Position numbers and translations under genes: made by a program. A DNA stretch of 64,000 bases from Cycas panzhihuaensis (lineage: Eukaryota; Plantae; Cycadophyta), in assembly GCA_023213395.1 (NCBI GenBank), contig CM041465.1, forward strand, positions 107,019,741 through 107,083,740. The letters are read 5' to 3'. Below are positions 12,296 to 25,912 of the stretch, piece after piece. The notes beneath the pieces were generated by a model. That model was not told where the DNA came from, searched no databases, and saw only the letters and a program-made list of their open reading frames with translations. The stretch's first letter is position 1; every line of letters begins with the position of its first letter.

Positions 12296-14874
12296 TGAAA
12301 CGCTCCCTACGGGGCGGTGACCCTACGTCTAGCAAAAAGGGCATAAAAGACACTCGCTAACTAGGCTAGATGGCGAGGATCATACCTCATGGCGGGGCGT
12401 CCGTCTTGGCCGAGGCCGAGTGCAGGGACTGCAAGGTGCCTGGTTGCTTCCAGGTAGCCGTGCAAAAGCGAGGCCTTCCTACCCTTCGGATGGCCGGGAA
12501 GGAGAGGAGGTGTCTCGCGCATTGCAGCTTCTCAAGGCAATGAGAAGGCAATGGAGGCAAGGGGGGACAATTGATCCAACACACAAGCAAACAAAAGCGA
12601 AAGGATAGGTCGGGTTTGGCACAAAGAGGGTGTCTACACTATGCTATGTAAAGCGATAAACTAGTGCAGAAAAGCAAATGTAAGAAACGTATATTTACCC
12701 CTTTTTTCTTATGTTTCTTATCTTTTTCCCTATCGAGCGATCTGAAAGCAAGGATAATATAAGAGGAAAGCATAGGAAACACGAGGAATACGGATCCGTT
12801 TGAGGTCGAGCTGCAGTTGATCTCGCGAGGTTTCCGCTCCCTCCTTCTCCTTTCTCCACGCCGCGGCGTCGGTTGGCCGGTGGTAAGGGGTTCACTTACC
12901 TCCCGTGAACATGCGAAACCAAATGAAATGAAATGATGAAAAGGAAGCTTAAAACTAAAGAGGCAAATCACGATGACGGAGCTAGCCGTGATGGGTTTGC
13001 TCCACGCGCTACCTCCACCAACACGATCCTGCAAGAGAACACAAAGAGCACCTTCCTCTCGAGGGAGAGGCTACAAAATATACAAGGAGATATATGTATA
13101 TGTCTTTATGGCCGAAATCAACTTAGCTAAACAAACTAAGCTATATGTTAAAATGTAGCAAAAATGAAACGAGAGCACACAAGATACTCTTACACTACCA
13201 AATGCCGCAACCACACAAAGTAGAATTGAGTATAGCCTCGGGATGGCTAACTCACCCACGGGAGGTCCCCACAGAGGCTCAGGAAAGGAAAGCCGGATGG
13301 TAACAATGGCGGATGCAGATGGTCTCAAGCCGTGCAGGCATACGACACAATCTCCTAAACTCCTCAGGCAGTTCCTTGGGGACGTGTTTGGTAAGGGGAA
13401 GAGGACAAGGGACGGAACCCTTGGGGAGAAGGACGGCAATGGGGGACAGAACCCCGCCTATCTCCCTCGAATCCTCGTGTACGCTCCCTCACTCTGGCTG
13501 ACCGAGGAAAGAATGGGAGAAGGCTTGGAGAAAATGAGGGACTCTAAAGAAAAGCAAAAAAAGATGGATTTGGGTCAAGGTAGCACTACGTGGCGGCTAT
13601 GGCCAATGGTAGCTACTTTCATTCAAGGGGTAAAAGCAAAGGGAAAGAAGAGGTGGAATGCTTGCCAATAAAAAAAACAAGAAAAGTGCAAGTATGTCCA
13701 AGGATTTGCAAGCAAAAAGCAAAGGAAATACAAGTAAAAGGAAGAAGAAATGCAAGAAAATACAAAAAAAACAAGTAAAGCTAAGGGGTACCTTGTGTAG
13801 AGAGGTCATGCATGCCTCCTACCACTAGGGACAGCAGCAATGGAGGTCAAATGAGGGCTGATCAAGAGTGTTCCCTGCTGCAATGTGGATGGAGGAGGCT
13901 CCTAGTGAGTTTGGAGCTGTGAAGAGAGTCTTTGGGGCAGCTTCTTTGTTGAAGAAGTCCCTTAGATCTTTGTGCAGCTGCAAGAGGAAGAAAGCTAGTT
14001 GTAGAGAGTAGCAAGGGGCAGCAATGGCCCTCCAAGATCCACTGGTGGCAGCTTGGTTCTCCCTCCTCAGTTGCTGTGCCTGAACTTCTTTGATTTCTGT
14101 GTCTTTTCTTTTGTCTTTTGTGGAGAGTTTTTCTTGGAAGTCTTGGAAAATGAGCTAAAGAATGATGCAAATGAAAGGAAAAAAGGTTTTTATCTCTTGT
14201 CCTGATGAAGTGAGCGTTGGGGACGTTGAGGCGCCTCGATCGTGCAGACCCGCGTGGCGGTTCCATGAAAAAGCAGCGGAAGCGTCGGCGTGGTTCTCTT
14301 TTAAATTCGAGCAGTTGTCTGCGGCAAACTCTGCGGGAATGCAGAATACTGCGGTCTTAGCCTAGTTTACCGCGGTATCAACCTGAAATTTAAAAAAGAG
14401 AAAAAATAATAGAAAAATCAGGTTTTGAGGTAAGATCAAAGGCTAAACATGAATTACATCAGTTGGGGGAAGGCCCAGGCAGTGGGCAAGTACCCCAAAA
14501 CAATGCAAAGAGTCCCAACTAAGGGTTAAACCGGACTTAGGAAGGACTGCAACATAAGCGACATGTTGTAACAAGAACAAACAAGCTGGCAAAAATAATC
14601 CCGGGAAACTGTGGAGACATCATGGGTGGTTGTATGCCATACGGGGTGTAACATTCGCTGAGGAATGGCCCCTCTGTGAGTCGTCATAGGCTGAAGGCGT
14701 GCCGTTAGGCACATGCATTATGAATAAGCAAACAAGCAATGCATGCAGGCAGGCGTATGTCAAGCAATCTATTCTAACTAACCTTAATCAAGCCAAGGCA
14801 AGAAGGGTAAGAGAATATACCTGAACAAACCTGCGTCGATGCGTCTCGAGTCTATTCCCAATAGTTGAGAAACA
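12296..14874 (-). repeat. 3' LTR of element 2
   Basis: TGTTTCTC...CGTTTCA on the minus strand; aligns end to end with 25913-28446. Confidence 0.9.
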
Positions 14875-14884
14875 CTGCCCCCTT
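14875..14884 (-). promoter_or_regulatory. Polypurine tract of element 2
   Basis: AAGGGGGCAG immediately before the LTR TG; the same PPT core lies at 54608-54618 in element 3. Confidence 0.8.
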
Positions 14885-15233
14885 AGCAGCAGAGCCTCAC
14901 TACTCAGAAGCGTAATATGATGGCGAATACTGACAATCAAGAAACATAAGTAGCACATGCATATATATATATAAAAGCAATCAAGAGCAGCACGTGATCC
15001 AAGGGTGTAGGCAAGTGTCATGGCGGAATGCGTGGACGGGAGGCGAGGCGAGAACAACGTAGGGGGCACTACGTCGCCTAAACATCAGTGAAAGCTGAGT
15101 AAGCAAAAAAGGGGTGCCCGTCATGGGAAGTCTGGCGTGAAGTAGGAGGGCACCCAGCAAATGGACCAAGCACATCTAACTAATAGCAACCGAAGACTTG
15201 GGCATGGGATGGCCAGGCAAGCCTCAGGGGCGG

Positions 15234-15613
15234 TCATCGAGAGGGAGGCGGCGGCTCAAGGATGAGGCGGGGCGAGGCCAAGCCTCAGCGTTGGGGTGCC
15301 TAGGGATATGCTGTATATCCACTGGCGAGAAACAAGCTAGAAGAGACACAGCGGCGGTGAGGGTTCTCAGGTGGGGGCATCGCACCTGGTAAACCTGGGT
15401 GAGATGGGACACCACGACCTGAGAATCGCAAAACAACGCAATGGGCCCGCGATGGAAGCGGAGAGCATCGGTAAGGGCCTCGATAATGGCCGTGTACTCG
15501 GCTTCGTTATTGGTGGCCTTGGGAAATCGTGTCCGGAGGGACTACGAAGAATCACTTGACGGAAGGCGGGGTTCTTGGCGACTTCCACCATCGGTGAAAA
15601 CAAGGAGAGACAT
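15234..15613 (-). pseudogene. Stand-alone aRH ORF of element 2, frameshifted
   Basis: CCACCATG start, then MSLLVFTDGGSR..NP, ATNNEAEYTAIIEAL and FCDSQVVVSHLTQVYQVRCPHL...IQHIPRHPNAEA. Confidence 0.85.
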
Positions 15614-16117
15614 GGTGGATACTAAGCTCGGTAAGCAAACACAAATAGCGATTAAAGCAACACAAAACTTGAATGGCAAGCGAAGGCCGAGAAGGGTGGG
15701 AGGGCCTAGCATGAGGTTACACAGCGAGGCAAATGTCAGGCCTTGGCGAGGTGGGTGGAGAAAAGACACCCGGTGCCAAGGTCGCTTTGGGAAGCAAAAC
15801 ATGCCCCCAGACCAGGGGAGCATTTCCTTTGGAGACCCAGGCGAAAAAGGGGCAAAACAGGTCGAGGCGGCAAAAGCAGAGCCAAGCAGTATAAACTCGG
15901 GCATGCACGAGAGCAGTGCACAAAACGGTGCAAAAGGGCCATGCCAAAAGTGCGATAATGAGGCGCCATGAATGCTCCCCCGAGGGGAGGCAGAAAGGGC
16001 GTCCATGGGGCACAATGAGCGATAGGGCCAGAAGACAAAGGCTATCTGGGCAACGAGACGGTCCCAACGACTATCACGGAGCCAAAAACGGAAGAAGTGC
16101 CCGTCAGGGCCCCTGGC

Positions 16118-16124
16118 TATATAA
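16118..16124 (+). promoter_or_regulatory. Candidate TATA box of the antisense PMD gene of element 2
   Basis: GGCTATATAAGGAAAA, conserved with 7067-7073. Confidence 0.55.
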
Positions 16125-16775
16125 GGAAAAACAATGAAAACCGGATTCATTTTCACCAGCTCTCGTGCGAAACCAGAGCCTTTTCCTTCTGACGGAGGCT
16201 ACGAAACTTTGGAGGCCGCAGGGAGGCAATCGGCCGAATTTGAGCGAGGCAGTAGATTACGATCGCGGGGACAGGATGGCAACAGTCAGGCCAGATCCAG
16301 TGAGTGGATCTAACGTAACCCTCGTCATTTCAAAGTTTAAAGTTGATTGCTTTTTAATTAGTCTTTAATGCTTTTTATGCCCCTTATGGGTAATTAGAGG
16401 GCCTCTCGGAGACTGAATTGGACCCGACAAGAGGCGGGGACACAGGCATTAGGCCACGGTCTGGATGGGCTACGTGGGGTCCACCACAAAAATTTTGATT
16501 TTCTAGGCCAAAAACCCCATTTTTAGGGGTTCTTGGTGATCTGCATGACCAAGATCGCGGCACTGCGATCTTAGCCGCGGGATCGTACCTTGAAGAATGA
16601 TCGCCAGGCTGCTCCAATTTTAGCGATGCAGCTAAATTTGGGCTATCTGTGACGTAAAATCGAGAAAAAAAAGCGAGAAAAGGGCCAAAAGCGGCCCCAA
16701 GAACCCGAGAAATGACAACCGGACCTGCTTTCAGGAGCCTGGGCAGTGCTAGGGGCGACTTTTCTTGATTGCGGC

Positions 16776-18572
16776 GGTTATCATGGTAGATAATGGCGAG
16801 CGTCGGCATGCCCATCTGAGTTACACGGAGATGGCGGCGGAGGAGGACAGGCGACCACGAAGAGATGCGGCTGTCTGAGGCCACAGACCCCTTAGTTCGC
16901 ATTGGATCAGCGGCTCCTAGTGGACATAGTGTCGCCTTGGGGCGGGGAGGAGGCACGTGTTTCACTTGCCTCAGATAGGAGACATCACCATCACCCCAGA
17001 GGATATCAGACGGATTCTAGGGGTGCCAGCGACAGGGAGACCCGTGAGGCGAGGGGCCCTGCAAGGCGGCCTGAGGCGGCTCAGTTCCTCACGGGGCGAG
17101 GCGGTGGCGGAGGGGAGCTCCCCTCTAGACGGTACTCATGTCAGGGATTCCTCGGGTGAGGAAACTTATTCTACTATGCATTCTGTTTCGGATCTCCCGG
17201 AAACAGAACTACAGGGAGATCCCAAGAGGATGGGTGGGCCTTGACGCCCGGTGTGGTAGGCAGGAGAGGATGGACTGGGCAACTCTAGTTGCGGTGAACC
17301 TCGTCGCCCCAGATACCATCGGGAGATCGGTAGGGAGGATTTTCCTCTGACACGTTCTTTGCGGTCTTTGGTTTTATCACTGCGGAGTGGTGGCCGAGAG
17401 GCCATTCCCCATAGCGAGGTGGGCCCCGATGGTCCACAGTGGCAGAACCGGACTTGAGGGGCGAGAGGACGGGCCCATGTCCATCGATCGATCGGCGACA
17501 TCACTCGACCTCCTCACTCGGCCAGGCTACATGGCGAGCCATACAGGCGGTGAGGTGGGAGGCGATAACGAGCGGGGAGAGCAGGAGCACCCATCGGCGG
17601 CGGCGGCGGCGGCGATGGCGATGGGGGCGATGATGGCGATAGTGGGGAGATGGGCGGCCCATCGACTGCGAGGCGAGTTCATCACATATCGAGAGCTCAC
17701 GAGGCGGCGAAGCGGCCGCGACGGAGGGCCTTGAGCTACGGATAGTGAGGAGATCCCGGGAGGCGGTCGAGCTAGTCCACCGCGAGAGGCAGAGGCGGAG
17801 GGCGTACAGGCGATGAGGTACTGCGGTGGCGGAGGCCGGAGATGAGGATGTCGCCCGGCGGAGGATCCGTGACCACGGCGGTGAGACCTACTTAGTTTCC
17901 TTAGTCGTTTGACATCTGGCTAGACTTTGATTTCATTTTATTACATGCATCGGTACACTGCTGACACATGGCATGTTGCATTGGCGAGGCGTGAGCTCCG
18001 AGGCTGAGTCGAGGCCATGGTGAGGGAGTTGTTCCCTGAGGTCTACGTAGAGGGGCAACCGCCCATCCAGGCAGAGGATGCGCCTAGATCGGCGGGAGCC
18101 TACATGCAGGCGTTCGCCCCACTGGTGAGAGCGAGAAACATCTGGGCTGCAGAGACCCAGGAGTACATGGCATTACGAGGCGGTGCGGAGGCTCGACATG
18201 ACCGAGGCAAGCGAGATGAGCTGCGTGGACGGATCCAGGCTTCAGAGACACAGAGTGGACCGGGAGGAGATGCGGGGGCGCGGCTCGCCTGTAGTCCTAG
18301 AGAGGGCGCCTTAAGGCATCGGAGGAGAGGTTTAGAGCCATCCAGGAGGGACTCGGCGAGAGGATCGCATCCGGTCCACGACCGGTGGTGGCGAGATGGT
18401 CTCGGTCGGCAGAGCCGAGCATATGCATATAGCGGCCTACGAACTCGAGGCGGCCTCGGGACGAGGAGGCGAGGCGGGCGGCTCGCGGAGGCCTAGGAGG
18501 AGCCTCGCGAGGATGTGGTCCCCAGAGGGATCACCTGAGACCGGAGATGGGACCCAGTGCAGACGGCAGTAG
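16776..18572 (+). pseudogene. Antisense PMD gene of element 2, frameshifted, with an intron at ~17881-17988; a small upstream exon near 16276-16314 is possible
   Basis: LDQRLLVDIVS.W..E.HVFHLPQIGDITITPEDIRRILGVPATGRPV at ~16900-17045. An AT-rich intron begins GTGAGA at 17881. The downstream exon is R/E/A-rich (MVRELFPEVYVEG...). An AT-rich 3' UTR-like tract lies at 18690-18880. Confidence 0.82.
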
Positions 18573-19265
18573 ACTAGGAGATACATATATGATTTTGACA
18601 GGAAAGCGCGGGCCTCCAGGGGGTGATATGTAGGGTCGCCTGATTGTACCCCCCCTGAGGATCTGGCTTCCCACATGCAGATGTACTATGACATTTTTGA
18701 TATATATATATATATATGGGGTAATTGGAACCCCATTTTGGCATGAAATGGTGCGTATCATGTATGATAGAGATAGCATGTATGATTTACTTTTGTAAAT
18801 GAATGGTTTTTGTATGTTGCAAATGTTTATATGTCGTAGATGAAAATATGTAAATATGCAGATTTTTATAAATACTCACATGCACGTGTTTCCTTCCATG
18901 TATGGCCATATGTCTAACAGGAGCACACACATCCATGGTGAGCGGAGGTGATCGAGAGGTGTGAGGTTAGAAAATAGGGCGACATGCACGTCCACAGGGG
19001 AACATAGCGGAATATGCGAAGGAAACAACAAGTGCGAGAGGAGAATGCTTGATACTCCACAGTCGTCCTAGTTTGGGGATGCCCAAAATAGGAGGACAAA
19101 GGTTCCCAAGAGCATATGGGAACGCGGGTTCCACGGGAGGAACTGGAAGAAAAACCGAAAAGAAATCCATTTTAAATCGCCATTCTACCCGTGGTTGGGA
19201 AGAATGGAAACAATTAAAATGGTAGTTTAAACTCATTCGGACGAGGTGAAGGGATCGTAGAAAGA

Positions 19266-22200
19266 TCACGCATAAAACTTCTTAAGGAATTTCCGATTGT
19301 GGCTTTCTCAAATTCAAAAGCCGTCAGTGGCGATCTGTGTCTGTTGTTATCGAGACTTTCGAGGAATGGCGAAGGGGCCTACCCATTTGGGCAGAACTTG
19401 TGTGATCGTGAAGATACTCAATTTGAGGGCGTGGTCCCGGGACACAAAGGGCGACTGAAGGCGTTTGTCGTGTGTCCTTTGCAAAGGCTTCAGCGAGGTT
19501 TGCTTGATAAAAAGCGCTAAGCGTTTCTCATCGAGCTTGAGGTCGAGGCGAGCACAGCGAATAGACTCCTCGTCAATGAGGCCTCGAAGGAAACAGAAGA
19601 GAAGGGATCTCCACTTCCAATGGGAGTATCGCCTCGATTAAAGTAAACTAACGAGAATGGGGTCATCCGGTGGTCGTCCGGGATAAAGTGCAGTAAGCCC
19701 ATAGGCGGAAGGGAGTTGGATATGCCGATCTCTTTGAGGCGGAGCAGCATTTCTTCAAGATCTTGGAGTGAGCATTTTGTTGAAAGATTCAATTTGTCCG
19801 TTGGCTTGGGGGTAATAAGGGGATGACGTCTTGTGCGAGATTTTGAATTTCTCATACAATTCATCCATTTCCTTATTACAGAAGGGAGTTCCATTATCCG
19901 TAATTAGGATGTGCGGAATTAAAGCGATAGATAATGTCTTTGGTAGGCGAAGGTGGCTATCGTCTTGCGGGGTTAGTGGAGGGGATTGCCTCGCCCGTTT
20001 AGTAAAGTATTCGGTGGCGATTAGGATATATTTATGTTGTGCGGAAGATGGTGGTGATATAGCCCCGATGAGGTCTGAACCCCATTGGGAGAAGAAGCCC
20101 GCGGAGACGCGATAGGGTGCAGCGCCTCGGAGGGTACATGGGAGGCGTTGGCGTGCTCACGACAATGTAGGCATCTAAGAACACAACATGGGCATCCTTG
20201 AACAGGGCGGCCCGGTGGTAGCCCATCTGGGAGGATCCTTTGGGCCATGGATTGGCCTCCAAAATGGCCCCACAAATGCCGTGGTGGCATTAGGTGGAGT
20301 ATTTGGTCGCTTAAGTCGGGTGGCCAGTGACGAGGATCCCATCGAAAGATCTCTTGTACAACACCCCGTCCATGAGGAGGTGTTGCCTAGCGATGGCGGA
20401 TCTGGCGACCTAACCTTATTAGCGGCCGGGCGATATTCTTCTTTGGTCGGTGTATCACAATGTCGCCATACCACTCATTGTCGGTGAGTGGGTGAGAAAA
20501 CATCACAGGCGGTCATAATGGACTCGTCCGGGAAAGAGTCGTCAACAGGAATGCCGCTCGCGTTGGGAATGGCAGCATCGGCTAACTGTTCCGCTATTAT
20601 CATTCCCTTCTTCGACTTCCTATTGATGACCTGCAAGTCGAATTCTTGAGCGGGCGGCCCAGCGACCGCCCTACAGCATCCAAATCGAGCGGAGTAAGCA
20701 AATAGCATGAGGATCGGATTGAGCGATCACCTTGGTTGTATTCAAAGCAAGTAATCTTAGAAATTTCTTGGTCGCATGGACCAAGGAGAGGCATTCCTTT
20801 TCGGCGGGGGGATAGTTTAATTCAGTGGCAACGAGAGTGCAGCTGATGAAATAAATAGCCCTCTCGGTTCCCGAATCGTCCTCCTGTGCGAGCATTGTGC
20901 CCAGGGATTCGTCGATTCTTAGGGTGTATAGGATGAAGGGCCTATCAAAGCGAGGAGGCACCGGCGTAGGCGGAAACAAGGCTTCCTTGAGCCCTACGAA
21001 AGCCTTTTGGGTCTTGTCCGACTAGACAAAAGAGGCTCCTTTCTTGAATAGGTTTGTAAGGGGCTGGGCATTTATGGCAAAGTCACCAAGCGCCTCGAGA
21101 AACCAAGCACACTTTAGAAAGCGACTTAATCATCATTGGGTCCTAGGCGGCATATCGAGATCGCCTTGACTTTTCACGATCGATCTGGATTCCTTCTTTG
21201 AGACACGAGGAAGCAGGGAGTTTGCCCGAAGTAACGGCAAACACGCATTTTAGCGGGTTTAAACTAACATGGTACTTGCGGCATCTTGCGAAGATGGCGT
21301 GCAAGTCGGAAAGGTGATGGGCTCTAGAACGAGAAAGGCCCATCATGTCGTCCATAAAGACCTCCATCGTGTTGTTGATGAGGTCATGAAAGATAAAATG
21401 CATGGCTCTTTGATAAGCAGCCCCTGCATTTTTAAGACCAAAGGGCATTGCCTTGTAGGCAAAGGTACCCCACGGTGTGGTGAAGGCCGTCTTATGACAG
21501 TCTTCGGGAGAGATTTGAATCTGGTTGTAGCCGGAGAAGCCGTCCATCAAGGACATAACTTCGAACCCGGCCGTACGATCGGTGTTGATCGATGAAGGGG
21601 AGAGGAAAATTGTCCTTAGGACAAGCGTTGTTTATGTCGCGAAAGTCGACACAAATGCGAATGGTCCCGTTCTTCTTAGCAGCGAGATATTCGATACCCA
21701 CTTGGGGTGTCGATGGAGGAAATGAGCCCACTTCGAGCTTCTCAACTTCCATCTTAGCAGCGGTGAAAGCTTTGGGTGAAGGAATGACTTTGCGGCCTTG
21801 CAGGCGGCGTCGGGAAGGTCGTAAGGTTATGCGTGACGATGGAGGGGTCAATGCCCTTCATATCCGAGTAATCCCATGCAAAAACATCGCGGAATTCTCG
21901 GAACAGGAGGGTGTACTCCTTCACTTCGTCGGGGGTGCACTCTGCTCCTACCTTGATGGCCTTGTCCAGGGCAAGGACTATGTCCTGGGTTGCCCCCATG
22001 CACATGGCATTCCCCTCCTCGAAATGGAGGGGGGCGAGATCAACCGGAAGGGAGGAAGCGGAAGAGGGGATCGAGTCGGCTAATGGGGACCCAATCGCTA
22101 AGACCTTCTGGTGGCCAAGCTTGTGGTGACCGGAGGCAAACTAGGTGTGGGCAGGCTAAGTGTTCAAAGCCTCATCGTCTTGATAGTCCACCCATGGATG

Positions 22201-25200
22201 ACGACTTGAATAGGCGAGTAGCGAGGATAACATGGGAGGCGATAGGGCCGGTATGGCACGACAGCGCCCATCCCTCAGAGACCCTAGAGAGGAGTCAAGG
22301 AGAGGTCCCTCGTAAAAGGCAAGAGGGAAACTCTCAACATCGTCACCTACGGAAGGTGACGGGGTGGAAGAGCCGGGGACGAGATGCCCAATATGCACAA
22401 TGTCATGTGACATGTGAAAGTGGCCGAGCTCCACAACAAAAGGTCATAGGAGAACCTAGGACTAGGAGGATGCCACACTAGGCGGAGGGGCAGGCGGGTG
22501 AGGGCGGTCCTCATCCTCACTATGGGACTCGTCGTCGTCAAACACGGCCGAGATACCCATAGGCTTAGAAGCGTGATAGGGGCAAAGCAGCGTCAGCGGG
22601 AGAAGAAGCCTTGAGGACCTTCTTCTCGGTAGAAGGATCGGGGTTAGATGGAGCAAGCCGAGACATAGCCGGAAGGGCGTTTGTTTCCCTTCGTATGGTC
22701 ACAGTTTGCCTGGGCGGAAGGCCTAGCTGCCTTGGCGAGCGATTGCTCGCGGGAGACAACTTTCATTTGTCCATTATGGACAAATTTAAGCTGCCCCCAA
22801 CGGGTAGAACACACGGCTCCCATCTGGTCAAGCCATGGTCGACCCAGAAGCAAGTTGTAATCTACATCAACATCAAGGACGACGATGTCGTGCGGCGGTC
22901 TTGTCCTCGAGGTAAGGGTATCGAGGCGGATCCCAAGGGAGTCTTCTCGATGCAGTCATAACTGCGCGGCGCCATGGAGCGGGTTCCAAAGCGGAAATGC
23001 TAAGCTCTTGCATAGCAGCGCAAGGGCATGGCGTTGTGGAAGAGCAGATTGTCCGCGATAGTTCTTACGCAATGTGCAGCAGGAGTATCTATCGTGATAG
23101 TGAAAGGAAGTTCCATTGGCGTTCCCTTAGCTAGGCGCAGGAAGATCCACAGGATCGAGAAGGACATAGGCTCATTGCTTGGGGTTGTACCCAAGGCATG
23201 AGCAGACAGCGTCACTCAATCCAAGAGCTTCAGAGGGCGCTCGTTGCTCTGGGCAACTTCTCAAGGCGTCCATGATGGACATCCGGCGTACGGTAAGTTC
23301 TTCAACTACGGAGAAGGGCTTACCCTCCCGATGGGTTAGGTAAGGGCTCTCCTAAAGTCAAATCGACACAGGCGGACGAGAATGCTCTTGGGAAGTCACG
23401 AGGAATCTGGAGGAACAACTTGGGAGGGATCGGGTTGCGAGATGGACGGAGGCACTGCTTGCCTCCTTGGCGGCTTGAGGCCAGGGTTAAAGCGCAAGAG
23501 GAGTGGTCTCGAGCATTTGGATCACCTTCTTTCCCTTATTAGGGGCCGTGAAGGTGATGGGCCAGTTGGTTAGGGGATCGCGAAGGGGAAGGTGACCTCT
23601 GTACGCCCTTCCCCCTACCACGCAAAGGGCGGGGATCGGGAGATCTGTCCAGGTCGATTGTTCCTTTCTTTGAACATCATGACGTTCCACATGTTTGGGG
23701 AACGGGTTTCTATGAATGGGTTGATCGAGGTTAGGCCTCGATGCCCGTCTAGGGGACGAATCGGGCGGCGGGGCATCACGTGGATCTTGCGCCACTATGC
23801 ATAAATCGTCATGAAAACACTCCCGTGGATGGAGCACCACCTCTTCTCGAGGGAGGATCGGTCCTCCTTGCTTGAGAAGGCGGGTGTTACCCTTTGGGGG
23901 CATCGCAGGAAGTCTGCTGGACGGGTTTATGAGAGGTTGGCGGCGAAGGAGGTTGGGTTTAACTCCTTCATCGTTCGCTCGAGCAGGCGAATAAGCGGAA
24001 GTAAGGGGATCGGGGTCCTCTCGGTCGGGTGAGAGGTGGACCTGGCGAGAGCGAAGGTTTGGTCTCCTTGTTGGGGAGGCACCTCGCGGCGTTGCGAGGG
24101 GCTTAGGAGGTTTCTTGAGTCGGCTGGATCTCGATAGCCTCCAACGCCAAACACCTCGTGTCAGCGAGTCACACGTGGTTGCCCCATCTTGAGGACTTCC
24201 ACATGCACTTGGGGTGAAGTGCGTTGTGAAAAGATCTCGCTTCAACTCTTCAGGCAACGTGGCCTTAGTAGAGTGAAGAAGATCATGAAAGCGTCGCACA
24301 AAGTCACGGTTCATCTCATCGTGACCTGTTTAAGCGACATGGCGCCTTCATTCAGCTTTTCGAATGGACGGGCTCGTCAAAATAGTTGACGAACTCGTCC
24401 GCAATTCTTTGGAATGAGGAGATCGAATGGGCGGGAAGGCGGTAAAACCACTTGAAGGCATCGCCCTGTAAGGACCGCGGAAGAGCTTCATCAAGATATG
24501 GTCGTAAGCCCAATAATCGATGCACGCCATGGAAAAAGCTGCGTACATGCTCGGTTGGGTCTTGCGGCGAAGTTCCGTCGAATTTGGGAACATCAGGAGG
24601 GTGAGGCGGTAAGTTGGTCCTTAGCGCCTCAACAGACAATGGTGTCGACTTATAGTCCACGAAGGGGCGTGTCGGCTTGGGCTAACGGATCGACAAGCCG
24701 TGAAGGAATGGATGGGGTGTTGGGCCCATCCCTCCTTGAGAAACACCCTTGTTGGAAAGTGCAGGTAAATCTTTCTGGAAAGGAGGCAAGCTCCCTTGCG
24801 ATGTCGCAGCAACGGGAGTTGTGCTGGACGTCGGAAACGGAGGGTAAGGGATCGGGTTTGCCCATCACAGGCCACCGTGGGTGGCGTAACCCTATATGGG
24901 TGTAACGGGTCCACCCCATAGACAGGGAGATGGTTTCCCTTACCACACTTTGAGGTTGAGATGTGTAACACAGGGGCACGTAAAGGAAGGACCACCAGTG
25001 ACTAGGAATGCATGTAGGGCCGGGTCCTACATACCCAACGGCGGCGGCACTAGTAGGACCTCGGGGCCTACTAGGGAACGCATGTGCCACGTTCGAAGGT
25101 GGCGCATGTGTTTGGCTCGGACATGGCATGCTAACCCCGAGTTGGGGAAAAGACACGCCACGAACGAGTCCCGAAGACGTAGGACCACGACTGGAGACTG

Positions 25201-25556
25201 GCGGGACAACACTCACCCTGGGAGCCGGGGTAGACACGGCATAGGACGAGTGTGGGCGGGCGGGCGTCGTCGTTGTAGATGGCGAGCATGGACGAAGAAG
25301 ATGCTACGTTGTGACATTTCGCAAACCATCTTGGTACGTGGTTGGCGGCGGTGCTCGAAAGTACTCATTAGCGCCTCGGCCAAGCGTCGGCGGAGAATAT
25401 CCTCATAATATCTGAGGTCAAAGGGGCTTCAGTGGGGGATCCTTGGGCGCTCCTCGTGAGGCTCACCGGTGGGGTGGCCCAGAGTCTCGTGAGGGGAGAT
25501 CTTCCATTTGCATGAGGCGGAAGGGTGAAATCATCGAGGGTGGAAATTGTCATCAC
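19266..25556 (-). pseudogene. gag-PR-RT-RH-INT polyprotein of element 2 (many frameshifts)
   Basis: Gag DHILMKLF..SLQGDAFKWFYRLP; PR LLLGRPWL; RT IRICVDFRDINNACPKDNFPLP and DGFSGYNQI...MPFGLKNAGAAYQR...VFMDD; RH ERAIYFIS..L...ELNY...EKECL; INT TPFSLVY, ending NRKFLKKFYA*. No aRH lies between RH and INT. Confidence 0.92.
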
Positions 25557-25894
25557 GGGTAGTAGATGGAATCATCACCCTCATGGGCGGATTCCGGAAC
25601 AGTTGAGGGGAACTCTTGAGTTCCTGAAGTCATGGTACGGTAGGCCCAATCGGACGGGTAACCTTCCATTGTCGAATCGGGGTTCGGCGACAGAAGGGAG
25701 CAGGCGATTGGTCTTCTAACAATGACAAACCCGCGGGCGAAGCGTCGCGTGCGCCTCTGGCGTTGTTAGAAAAATGAAAGGAAAGAAGAAAGCGGCGTGC
25801 GTTGGGGTTGCCCAGCGAAAACGGAATCTTGAAACTACACAGAGGCAAGAACTGCAAGCAAGAAGGGAGGCGGACTTAGCTCCCTTCTTGGCGG

Positions 25895-25912
25895 GTCCCA
25901 GTATGGTCGCGA
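25895..25912 (-). promoter_or_regulatory. Primer-binding site of element 2 (tRNA-Arg-like)
   Basis: Minus strand TCGCGACCATACTGGGAC directly after the LTR CA; homologous to 92-108. Confidence 0.65.

Noticed and set aside
14642-14676. PPT-like GAGGGGCC followed by TGTTACACCCCG as the LTR start of element 2
   Set aside because: LTR-LTR homology continues ~220 bp further to 14874/28446, where the true PPT and the TSD are found. At most this is a relic internal boundary.
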